DNA of 64,000 nt, from assembly GCA_035084275.1 (NCBI GenBank), contig CM068751.1:8122001-8186000 (forward strand), read 5' to 3'. Positions 1 through 11,981 of this stretch are shown here, in pieces; positions within the stretch are counted from its first letter, which is position 1; each line of letters opens with the position of its first letter. The translations under genes were made by a program, and so were the position numbers. Source of the stretch: Hydrolagus colliei (Eukaryota). The notes beneath the pieces are model-generated. The model made no database searches and was not told where the DNA came from. It worked only from the letters and a program-made list of their open reading frames with translations.

Positions 1-3000
1 AAAGCTCCTGTGTAGCAAGGTGGCATTATGCCTAATTATATGGCAGGAAAATTGCCTTGGTGAGGGATACAGGTACGTCCGGCTGTTCCTTCATGTTTTT
101 TTTCAGGTTTTCGTAGCCAAGTAACCGCCTTTGGGATCTGAATGGAAATTCTTGCAGTCGGTCTCCCATGGAGGTTCACAAATAGTTAAGTGAACCACAT
201 GCTGTTGGCACACCATGTAATAGTCCTGCTTTCCATACATAGGCTGCCAACAACATCCGCTAATAAGAATTTGTTTGTACTGAGTAGCCTACCACAGTCT
301 CAGTAAAATAACCCTCACCTGAATATAACCCTGGCAGCCAATGTTTCTAGCCTTCGCACTGTACCACCCATCAATTAGATTTGAAGTTGCAATGAGAATT
401 TTAATTTGCTGCTCGCCGAGAAAGAGTGCTTACAAGGAGAGCTGTGTGTTTAGAAAGGAGAAAGGACTTCCATTTTTCGAGCGCCGCATCACGTTAAACC
501 ATCTCAGGCGTTTTGAAATGTTCAATGAGATGACAAAACTGGAAGTTCCACTTTGCTTCAGATACGCAGTGGATTCGACAAAATAAAAAGGACTGAAATA
601 AAATCGTAGACAACCAGCATAAATTGTTATTGCAATTCATACCTCATGTTAACTTGCATAATCGAGTAAATCAGAGCTGGCCAACTTCCTAAATAAGGAC
701 AGTAACCTTGCTTTTATCTTGTATTTCATTGAAATTTTGTATTTGTCAGCTAACAGTCCTTAAGATATTTGAATGGCGTAGCAACTCTCAGTGCTTCCTC
801 TGTCGTGTTTGTATCAAACTGACAGCTGACAATCAAAGCTCAACTATCAAAGAAATAAATTAAGCATTTACAGATACTGAGGTGTATGTCACTGTAAAAG
901 AACTGGAGAGAGTGTTATCCAATTCATCAAGAGCTATTCTGCAAACAAGTTGCCAATAATGCTAAGTAAACTGCCATGGAGATTAAATGGTAGAGAGTCA
1001 ACTGTTGTTGACTGAAGGCTTCAAGAGATGGTGGCACTTCTCTCACACATTGCTCCATCAAACGTACACAAGGCCGTCACCCACACAACAAATACCACAT
1101 GGTGGAGTGATTGCTTATCAAGTGTCCCTTTTTCCATGTGATTGAAGCAACAGAGAGGGTGAAAATGTATATTTGGACGTTATTGTAATTCCTTGTTTGT
1201 TTTGCGCATTTTCGCACTCAGGCATATTGAAGCCAAATACAGTTTTCCCCACTGCCTTGCTGACTGAGATCAAATAACTTGGCAAGGACTTGGAATCAAA
1301 CCTGGAAGCTCCCTGTGTTATACAATCCTGAATCTCACCACATGGTGCCTTTGCATCCAGACACACAAGGAAAACTGACAAAAAGCTTTGTAAAATTCTG
1401 CACTTTAGCTAGATTCAGATGAAGAATATAAAACTGGGAAGTAGATTTGCTCCTTTTTGGGGGAGGAATAAAAGTGTTTGTTTGAAACACTTTTCAAACA
1501 AAGGACTTTGAAAAGGACTGTTGAGTGTTACAAGTGAGTTTTTTTTTTAATCACCGTTACTTTTCCAATTCACTCACAATGTGAGGTGAGGGAACATTAA
1601 AGTTACAGACTCTCAATGCTCATTGCTCTCCTAGACTGCAATCACAATCTTTGACACTGTTGAATATTAATAATCATTTCATTTGATCCAGCAACTTATC
1701 ACACCTTTGAGATTCCGAACGTGCTTCATGGGATATCCTGTGGAATGGAGTGACTGTGTATTTGGTAAACCAAAGCACGAGATCGCTATAGTTTGTGGGT
1801 GTTTCACTGGTTGATCGTAAATGCTCTCACACTATCAATGGTTGATTAACTAGAAAATGAAATGGTATGAAGCATATCTTGCTTCACTGAAACAGCCTTT
1901 CAAGGAAAGGGCACCTCATCAATAATGTCAACCACTCACTATCGTCATCATTGCTATGACATTTTCTTACAGCACTGAACCAAAACCGTTCTACGAGCCA
2001 ATTGTTCCTGCATGCACATTGAAAATAACCACCTTCAACCTTTCACATTATACCAGCACAACCAACAACAATAAGCAGGTAAAATATCAGCCCACTTATA
2101 CCTACAGCAAAAAAGGCACTTTGCTACAGAGACCGATCAACGGAGAAAATCGACATCATTTTACATCCGTCAAAGAACTTCTAGAAATTCATTTATTTTT
2201 AATACACATTTCACATCCTCACTGTACAGTCTGATTGTCACTTTTACAAACTGAAAATGCTGAAACATTGCATTTATTCAACCAGATTTGAGGCTTGACA
2301 GGATTGTACCATTCATCTATAAATTCAACTCACATAACACTGACAGCCATGGGAAAGCAAAAGCACCTACAATGTGTTTATTACAGCCAATAGCTAAAAT
2401 GGCCCTTTCAGTTCAATGAGTCAAAACGCATGCCCCCTCGTGCTCTTAAATACATGAATGGAAGAAACTAAGCTGCTTTGAGAACAGAGAGCTTCTGCCA
2501 ACTAGAGCAGCTTCTTAGTTTGCTTCAATCAAAGCCTGGATATGAGAAGTAAAATCTGACGTGGAAGCAAAATGTATTATACCAGAGTGATTTTCAGAAG
2601 TCACCGTTTTGTTTGTAGTACTCAGTTTGTCTAATTGCTACAATTCAAAATCCTTAATCCCTAAAATTCTGTACTTCGATAACCTTGTTTGTTGGTCAAG
2701 GATGCCTCAGTCAATAAATATTTTTTTGTGCTTTGATTAAATGCTGCAGTGGAATAAATGTTATAAGAATCAATTTCTGCCAAACATATTCTTAATAAAC
2801 AGCTATAAATAATATTCAGTAAATAAATGGTGAAGCAAAGTTCAATGTATCAAAAGGAGAACATTTTCTTTTCAAATTCTTAAAACTAATTTTTGTTATC
2901 AAAAACCCTTCTGGATGTTTTGAATAAACTACATTTCTACAGAAGATGGCAGCATAAGCAAATATTTAGTCAGAATTTGTTTTTTAAAAATCAACACAAT

Positions 3001-6000
3001 GAATTGTTATGATAATGCTACGTTAACTGAAATGTTCAAAATGCACTTTGATACTTGGATGTGGAAGGTCATATACAGTACTGTAGTTAGTTTTATCTGA
3101 TAGTGAGTAAAAGTGTGAAGCCATATCTCCGACAATAAGAAGGAAGTCTAGATACCAGATTTAATTGGCGTTCAAACTCAATTTCGCCTTTTGGGTAAAT
3201 TACACTAAATCTTGACATTGCAACCAGTCTGGGCACTTTGTTTACTCAACATCCCCATGAGTTAATTTCCACTAATAAGGTTAGCAACCCACACTGTCCC
3301 CCCAATATGAAAATGTTACAAATACTGTACTCTAATCAGAGCTAAATAAGCTGTGATTAGCTGCAGGCTTGGTAACCTGCAAATTTCCAACTGTTTATTC
3401 CCTAGCCAATTTCTAATGTAATCCATGCATTTATCAGTGGTCTTATCTCAGATTTGCTCACACTTCTCAGATCTAAACCTACATTTCTGGCCCAATTATT
3501 CTGCCGATAATGATCTGGAACAGCACCTTCAACAGTGCAGTTGTTGCTGGCAGAACCTAGTTATGGTATTGACTCTACATAGCTCTAAGCTGGTTCAAAG
3601 CAAAGCACTGTGAATGCAACCCTCGTGTGGTGCTCAGTGAACTCATGTAGAAAAACACTGGTGAGATTCTTAACAGTAGGTAAGATACCATTAAACATTT
3701 CTACAATTAACATTACTTCCAAACTCAGATCAAAATTTCACCCAGGGACCCCAAATTGACCCTATACCTGCAGTGTAAATGGCCTACGATGCAACCGCCC
3801 ATCAAGTACTGATTTGTAGCAAGAAATAAAATTCTAAACAAAATAGAAAGGCATTTGAATTTACAATGTAAATTTGCACGTCAATGGAATCGCCTTTAAC
3901 AAACTACTATATGTACACAAATACCATCTTCCAAACTCAGAAGCTGAATATCTAATCCAGCTGTATGCTTAAGGCAATAACCACACCTGCAACATATGTT
4001 GGTGACACCCTTAGGTTCCCTCTTTAGGCAGGCATATGATGTAATAATATGTCATTCAAAATAGGCTTAACAGCAGAGAACAAGAAACTGAATAAAGGTT
4101 ATTATTCAAATAGAAAATCTAATCACTAGACCTTTAGCACCAAGTACATCTGACCATGTTAATGTTTTTGAACTGCATCTTATTCCTTCATCATTTCTAT
4201 TACTACTGAAGTACTGACCCAGCCCAGTTTACCCTTGGGTAAGAGCTTCATTGATGTAAAATATTAATGAATTCTAACATTGCCTTAAAACCTCTCGTGC
4301 ATTAGTGATAAACAAATTAACATTCATAAGCAAATTAAAAACATCAAACAAATTTGAGCATTGAGTTACTTTGTGGATAGGGTTCATATCATCTACACGC
4401 ACAATCATATTTCAGTTTGCCTTTGTCAGGCAAGCTAGGCTACAGTATTACCAACAAGAAAATAAAATCAGTCATTGTTCGCCATTCCTCACTTCTGCAT
4501 ATCTACCCCACAGTATTCAAAACACTGAGAAAAAGGTTGACGCTCAAAACTGCCTGGAAATACATTCTCAGTTTCATGTTAAAGCAGTTCACAAGAATAT
4601 ACTGTCATTGATTAAATGTTTTGGTATCTAATCTGTCCCAGTATTATTATTTTAACAATCTTGAGCAAATGGAAATTAATCTGATGCAACAACTATGCCA
4701 ACAAAAATTACACTTGCATAGCGCCTTTCACGGCGGGAGGCACTGAAAGGCACCAAGATGTTCATACAAAATAAGCATTGAACAAACTTGATGCAAATTT
4801 AAATCATTGAAGGTGTAAATTGGGCCCAATTTTGATACACAAATTAGTGCTCGTGGAAATTGTGACCAACTGCATCAATATTTTGTGTTCATTTATTGCA
4901 TTGTAAAGTAGATACTGGATGTCTGTAGTTATTATTAAGGGGGATGAGATACATTTACTGGAATACAAATTCTCTGGAAACTCTTGACTAAATTATAGGT
5001 CAAAGGTTGAAAGTCATTTAGAGGTCACATTTTGGACAAAAGCCGAGAGCTGTACACAATGGATCTTTTGCAAAGCATCATGGCTGAACTTAGAAGTTTT
5101 AATTCACTGAGTGCTTTTAAAACATCATGGGTTAGAGTCATTCTATTTCAGATAATATGAAGCAAGGTCAAAGCAATGATCACTTCAGTGATAATGTCCA
5201 ATGTAGTTACAGTCTCAACTTGGCCTGCAATGAAAATCTGATCTGGACTCATTCACTTCCTTTTAATGTAATCACTCTTAGTATAATGCAAAGTTATAAA
5301 CCAACAAGAATGAATTATGTTCTTAGAAGTCTGGAAAATAATCTATCCCCAGCCATCTCACATTCTGCGTGCCTGAATCTAAGAGATACCACTAATTTTA
5401 TCGTCAAAACCATTAACACTTGCCTGCAAAACAACATCCTCAAATAACTGTGGTTGGATTTCTCTTTCATTTTAGAAGTGAAACATTTGGTTAAAAAAAC
5501 ACTTGAGTGGACAAAATCCAATTGGCTTTTGTTTGTGGCTCTCAACCTTGGAATAAAACTGGATAATATTACAGTGTTGCAGACTGCAAGGGTTACCACA
5601 AGAATTCAAAGATATTCATGCTATTGTTTTATGAACTGGGCAAAATCTTCTGCTTTGTCATCAAACATTATGGCAGGGTGGGATAGATTTCCATGTCTCT
5701 ATCAATTGCTCAGTCAGAAAAGACAATTATGTTTAAAAGTCATTGAAGATATCAAAGATAAGTGTTCCCTCTGAATGGTGCCAACATAAGTCACTTCTAA
5801 ATCCATTTCCATCCAGAAAAATAGAACACAATCATGTCAGAAAATCTCAAAACTGTTTTTAAATTTGATGTGAGGCGAAATGAATTTTGCAAAACTCGTC
5901 TGATCTCTAGCATCCAAAATACCAATCCTCCTGTCTTCCCATCACAGCATCAAATGGTTTCCAAAATGTCTCCAGTGGCTTGGTCTCCAGTATTATTTCT

Positions 6001-6149
6001 GGTAAGTCTTTACAGCTGTTGTCTACTCTCTATGTAAAGACTTTTCAATGTCTTTCCTGAAATTGGCCTTCACTAACTTGCGCACACTTGCCTTACTGCT
6101 TTATTGTACCTAAAATCACTGTACTGGGTTTACTTTCTCTCCTATTTAG

Positions 6150-6520
6150 CATAAATGCTCATTTCAGAGTCAGGAGGTGACAGATTTAAGCTCCGCTTTG
6201 GTACTTTCATAGTTTAGGTTGACACTGGAATGCAAAGTCAGCAGGCAGGGTGAATCTTAGTGTCAATCGTGCCTTTCATCAGATTAGATATTAAACCAAG
6301 GCCCTGATTGCCATTGCGGATGGACATTCACAATCCTATGGCACTATTCAAAAAGAGAAAGGATTTTTCCCTGTTGTCTGGTCATTCACTCATGGCTGCA
6401 CAACACTGGTCTGCTTGTTCCACAAACATTTTTCACCCTCCTCTCCCTCCCCTAACTATCACATTGATTGAACGGTTGGTAACTTCCTACTGTACCATTA
6501 CCAAGGAATGATGTCCTCAT
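6150..6520 (+). mobile_element. Old, diverged full-length DeuSINE (SacSINE1/AmnSINE1-like)
   Basis: Degenerate head TCAGAGTCAGGAGGT...AAGCTCC followed by the Deu-domain-like GATATTAAACCAAGGCCCTG...AATCCTATGGCACTATTCAAAAAGAG...CCTGTTGTCTGG. Confidence 0.6.
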
Positions 6521-7038
6521 CACTTGACATGTAAAAGTATAGCTTGGACCACAAAACTAACTCCTACCATTTCAGAGCTAAGTGTCTGGATTTGCCAATT
6601 TACTTCACCACTACACTGTCAATCTGAATTTTACCATTTAAAATGAATATGTTCAGAGAATATACGTTTTACCTCCAAAAGAAAATCTTTGTCACTCAAC
6701 AAAGGAAATGAAGCTAAAACCACTTCCTGTTTGCAACACCAGATTACATTTGCATTTAGATAGTGACTTTCACATGGGAAGAAAATGCCAAAGTGCTGAA
6801 AGTCAGTCAAACATGCAGGACATATGTAGTGGTTTCACTGTATACTTGATATAAAGCCTAATTTCAGAGAATAAACACAATCAGTGAAAAGCACTGAACA
6901 GTCAGGGATTAGGACTCAATACTGTATTGGGGATTATGATAATGGTTTGACAGATTAACTTTAACTTTACCATGTAATACTTTTTCCTTCTAATGCAACA
7001 TAACCACCAGCTAAATGGTCAAATACTTGCGAAACGGA

Positions 7039-7143
7039 CCACAAAATATACAGTCAATTCACTTTGCAGTATATTGTGTGAAGTGCTTTGAGACGTCTTG
7101 AAGAGGTGATCAGGCGCAATATCAAATGCAAGGGTTATTATTA
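7039..7143 (+). mobile_element. 5'-truncated young SINE (3' part)
   Basis: CCACAAAATATACAGTCAATTCAC...ATCAAATGCAAGGGTTATTATTA, shared with the other copies. Confidence 0.85.
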
Positions 7144-10100
7144 ATACTTCATCACATTGAGACAATTACAACAAATAATAGTCCTTGCATTTGAATTGCA
7201 CCTCTGGTTTCAGCAGGTCACCTGAGTGCCTCACAGAATTTGCTGTAAAGAGCGGTGACAAAGTATTTTGTAGGTGAATGAAGCATTAGGGAAATGGCGA
7301 TGAGATTGATTTAGGCATTTGGGGAACATCCATGCAGAACCTTTCCACCATGAGATTGAGTGGGCGGATGGGGTCCACTCTAGTGTACCTTTTCTTATTC
7401 AACATGCTCATATGATGTTGATTATGCATAATTGTAGCACAGCCAGGCAGTTAGGAGAAAAACTATATTGGCTCAGAACATATGATGGGAGATGGGAATG
7501 ACCTGACTGTAAAATGGAAATGAAAGGATACAAGACCACAAGAGATATGAAAGGATATGAAGGAAGATGCTACAGGCAATCCTTACCTAGGTCTGTCTCC
7601 ATCTGGAGACAGGCAGAATTAATTGAAATGAGTTGCATCCAGCAGTTGTCCTGGGATTTAATGTGATTTTCTTTATACCAACCCTACAGTTTTACCCATT
7701 GTTTTCCAAACCTAGCTTTTTCTCTTTTTAAAAAAAAACGGTATTTATGAGAACAGTATTATTTTGTAATTAATTTTACAGTCATCCTCGCCAGAAGGAT
7801 AGTCACTAGTTGGTCACTGAACATCCGACAAGTGTAGGCTCAGGCCCTTATTAGGCTGATAGGTTTTGGGTTGGGCTTCAGAAATATTCCTCTGAAATGC
7901 TTTATGTCTGAACCTAATTTGTAAATTGATAAAGTTACCAAAACTCACTAAATTAGTTATATTTTCAAGCAAACAAATTATATGAGTTGTGTTTATTTTA
8001 CAAGAGCCATTGCACTTTTATATCTAAAGCACTCCCAGACGCTACCCTGCATGGAGGGTGCTATATAAATGCAAGTTGTTGTTGTTTTACAGCTATTTCG
8101 CAAAATATGTGAGACATTTCAGAATTTGTGAAAATTGCAAAACCAAATAAAGAGACCAACAGAAGCTCAAACAGTAGAACTCAAAATACCTTGTACTTTA
8201 CCCCAATTTTTTTTGTGCTGGCAGCAATGTCTCTTGAACCTCACATTAACCCACCACTGTCATCAACTTCACAGCTTCACAGATGTGCTGAACTGACAAC
8301 AACAAAATTCTTCTAACCGGTTTATTACAAGCCGCAGACTCTGAACCACTTAAGTTACCGCCACTCCACCTCCTCACCCCCCAACCCCACCTTGTAAATG
8401 TTGACAGTCACAGTTTTGTACTAACTGCAGCTGGATCCATGCACAGGAATAATCATCTCCATAGCAGATCAGTTCATGTCATGTCCTATTTAGTATTCAA
8501 ATAGGCATTGGATTCAACAAGATTCATATGTAAATGTGATGTCTGAATTCCTATTAGCTCCGAAAATCGTTCTGTTTACTTAGATTGAATTTCAGAAGCA
8601 GTAAATTAAAGGAGGGGGAGTGGAATTCAACACTTTAGTCAACCACTTCTCCTCTCCAATAGTTGTCTTGCACTCTCCACAGACTCTTTTTCTATCTCTA
8701 GTTCAGCACCTGTGTGAATGGAGTAGTTAAAGGGTTTTTAAACAATGTGGGGGAGAGAACAAGTTACCAATGCGGGAAGGATGAAATGGATGGAGCCACT
8801 GTAGTTATTTTCGGAGCAAGGGCAGCATCTTGGGAAGAATATGCGAGGAAGAATTACATGCTGCACACTCCACATGGGCAAATTGTTGCAAAACTTAAAC
8901 AGAAATGACAGCCAAGCTCATGAAAGATAGAAAGGGGCGGATACAAAATGAAACCAATTCAACTGAAACAAGATGTAATCTCAAATTCACAACCGCCTTA
9001 AACTGTCGTGCAACTCAACTGCCATTTGAATTATAGCAAGCACTTGTTGGCATCTCATTTACCCCAGTGCAAATCCATATTGTGCCAAATATCCTGCATT
9101 TGAGAGCTGCATTGAGATTTAATTGGCATTCCAAAATGCACAATAAAAGGCTTTCGTGCACACAATCTATTCTGATGGCTCAGGATAATTTATAGGCTTG
9201 AACTCAAGTGATTTCTTTCACAGTGTTAGCTTTAATGCTAGTTAACAAGAGAATTGTACAGGTTAGTACTTATTCCACATTAACTATTCAAGAATCTTAA
9301 TTCTCCACAATATGCATAAGGAATTATGACTTGTCGTAAATATTGTGGTAAAGGGAATCATCACCACTACCAACAACTTAATGATTTTTAGTTTAGCAAC
9401 TTTATTTTGCTCTGGAGTGTGTGACGATTGCCCTGATTTCAGGGTTAGGTGGAGTAAAAAGTAAATACATAACAATGAAAGTTATTTTACTCAGAAAAAT
9501 GTGGGTTTTAGTCACATAACTGTTCAGAACTAAGAAACATAATAAGCACAAGCAGTTTACCATTTGTAGGTATACAACAATGACAATGTCAAGCGCTCCG
9601 AGATGCTAACCTGCGTGAAGGGCGCCATATAAATAAATGCAGGCTGTTGTAGTAAATTTAATGGGAGCATTAAGATGGATCATCAGCATTCGTGAGGGCT
9701 TTGAAATCAATTTCAATAACTGTTCTGAAAATTATCAGCAGAAACTGAAGGCGAGAACGTGTGTCTAGACAGCTAAACCCCTTGGACTTAATTATTTTGT
9801 CCTCACCAATAACATTAGCCATCTCTTTACAAACTTTCCATCGCGAGTCAATTTTATTTTCTGCTTTTACAATTTTGTGACTCACAACGTAAGAAGCTGG
9901 CAATGCAATTTTATGGGCCTCTTGTTGCTTTTAAGAAAAAGTGTTTGTTGACAAATCTGTTAATAATGTAGTGCTGCCCTTCTGGTTAGTAAAACAGTGA
10001 TGCCTTAGGTTACACTCCTTTTGTACTCCAGTACCTTGTAAACCCACAAGTCATTGTGGTAACTTGTCCCCATTCAGAGTAAACAAACAGGTAGTCCATC

Positions 10101-10829
10101 CATTTCCCAATGACTCTGGATTGGGTGCAGTGTTCATCACTAATTTGATGTCTCTGACTTCAACTCATTTTGTTGTCGCAGAACATTTGATATTGCAGTC
10201 TTCACTCTGCTAAGCCAGTTTGCAAACTCACAGACACAAAAACTCTACGACTCTGTCACCCCAGCTGGAAAACCCCAAGGGTAGTGTAGGGGAACCCGCT
10301 GGAAAACCAAAGTGACTCATAACGGTTAAGATTGTAAGAATTTGCATCCGATTTTTAATTCTTCTAGATTTATTACTTTTAAGCATTTGTTTGTGTAAGG
10401 CTCAAGTGGATCGAGTGCCATATAAAATGGTCATAAAATGGAGCAATACTGTCACTATTATTGTAATGGTGTATGAATACACTGATAGACTTCAATATAA
10501 TTTCCTAAATCAATTGCTATACAAACAATACGGATAAGTTTGCTAAATCCTACAAGTGAATAACTGAAGAAAATCTCTATCTTCTGCAATTACACTTACG
10601 CTGCTATATGATACACTTTTGCTGTAAAGATGAACCAATTCAACCATTGACCACAAAGGATACTAAGTTTGTATCTGGGTGCCTTCATCACTTATTGGTC
10701 ACCAGCGAGTGTCAGGTGTAGTTGCAGAGCAGACGAGTTGCATTCTACACATGTTTGCTGACAAGGCTAAAGGAAAATTCAATTGAAATGCCAACGATCC
10801 CCTGCTCTGGTCCCAACCTTGGGACGTTG

Positions 10830-10905
10830 TTGTATTCTGTGAAGCACTTTGAGACGTCGATAAGATGTGGAAAGCTTTATATAAATGTAAGGATTATTAT
10901 TATAT
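10830..10905 (+). mobile_element. SINE 3' fragment
   Basis: TATTCTGTGAAGCACTTTGAGACGTC...AAGGATTATTATT. Confidence 0.8.
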
Positions 10906-11134
10906 TCTAGTGTATCTATTGGTCTTAGTGTTCAGTTACTAGAGCAAATGCCCCTCATTTAGTGAGTGAATAATTGAGGAGTTTCCCATAGATATGACTG
11001 ATCTGGCATTTGGATACGATTTGGTTAATCACAGGCACGTTGGAAATCCCAGAAAATAAACGACAAATGATGCAGAGCCTCAGAGCACGCCATTTCATTC
11101 ACAACTTTCACATTTCTTCAACACAATTAAACGT

Positions 11135-11473
11135 TGGGAGTCCTGTAACTCAGTGCTTGGAACGCTCGCCCTCCCAAGCGAAAGACCCGGGGGGTGTGAG
11201 TCCCGGCAGGTCAGGGCAAAATCTTGGGAAAGTGCCCTCACTCCACACGCCTGATAATAACGCCTCACAAACAAACGCAATAATGAATTGCTCACCTTGA
11301 TCCACGGCTGTTTGTAGGGACGCCGCTGGGCGCAATTGGCTGCCGCGCTTCGCCCACAAAAATATACAGTCGATCCGCTTTGCAGTTGCACTCTGCGAAG
11401 CGCTTTGAGAATGTCTCGAAGCCCGTGAAAAGCGCTGCGTCAAACGCGAGGATTATTTATTATTAGTAGTATT
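11135..11473 (+). mobile_element. Full-length tRNA-derived DeuSINE-type SINE, strongly GC-shifted
   Basis: Colinear with the family consensus (tRNA-like head, GCGCAATTGGCTGCCGCG core, L2-type tail, (ATT)n). Confidence 0.9.
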
Positions 11474-11574
11474 AAATGAGTTTACGTTGCCAATGATCTG
11501 GCTAGGTCTCCACCTTGAAGCCAACATCCCCCCCCCGAGTAACATCTACACCGACTGTTCTGTGTGGCGGTTTT

Positions 11575-11658
11575 GTCGATTCTCTTTACCGTGCGTTCCG
11601 TGAGGCGCTCTGAGGCGATAAGGCGCTGTATCAAGTGCAGGGATTGCTAGTGTTATTA
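11575..11658 (+). mobile_element. SINE 3' fragment, strongly GC-shifted
   Basis: GTCGATTCTCTTTACCGTGCGTTCCGTGAGGCGCTCTGAGGCG..ATAAGGCGCTGTATCAAGTGCAGGGATTGC aligns to the consensus tail. Confidence 0.8.
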
Positions 11659-11833
11659 TGGCCATCAATACTGACATTCGACCAAGCGGGTGACTTGTCT
11701 CTTGCTCTTGAAGGCGTCTTGAAAGACAGTTTTGACAACAGCCAAACAAACTGTGGGAATTAACCATTTCTTTCTCGGCCCCCCCACCACTCCAAAAAAA
11801 ACCCACCAACACACACACATACACAACCCTCCA

Positions 11834-11864
<31 letters not shown>

Positions 11865-11876
11865 AAGTTTACTCAC

Positions 11877-11981
11877 CACAATCAAAGATGGACTGACAGC
11901 CACAGAGGCGTTGTGGCGGATTTCTGCAGCTGTCCCTGGTTTAAAGAGCCCTTTTGTGAAACGTCGACTGGATTCTCCCAT
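11877..11981 (-). CDS. DOCK10: First coding exon (35 codons, phase-0 donor) of a DOCK-D/Zizimin guanine nucleotide exchange factor, most similar to DOCK10 isoform 1
   Basis: Translates MGESSRRFTKGLFKPGTAAEIRHNASVAVSPSLIV, matching the N-terminal R(K/R)FT..L.(K/R)PG.AAE.R motif of DOCK9/10/11. MGE, RRFT, RH and VAVS favour DOCK10; KPGTAAE is DOCK9/11-like, so the family is secure and the paralogue less so. Strong Kozak context (CAACATGG) and canonical donor GTG|GTGAGT at 11876-11871. Confidence 0.8.

Noticed and set aside
4970-4979. STAT6-type TTCN4GAA site in intron 1 (mammalian DOCK10 is IL-4 inducible)
   Set aside because: A 6-base-specified motif is expected many times by chance in 64 kb of AT-rich DNA.
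5948-6001. Plus-strand 54-nt exon-like segment (CCCATCACAG|...CTG|GTAAGT; SNGFQNVSSGLVSSIIS)
   Set aside because: Antisense to DOCK with no partner exons or recognisable homology; compatible with chance splice signals.
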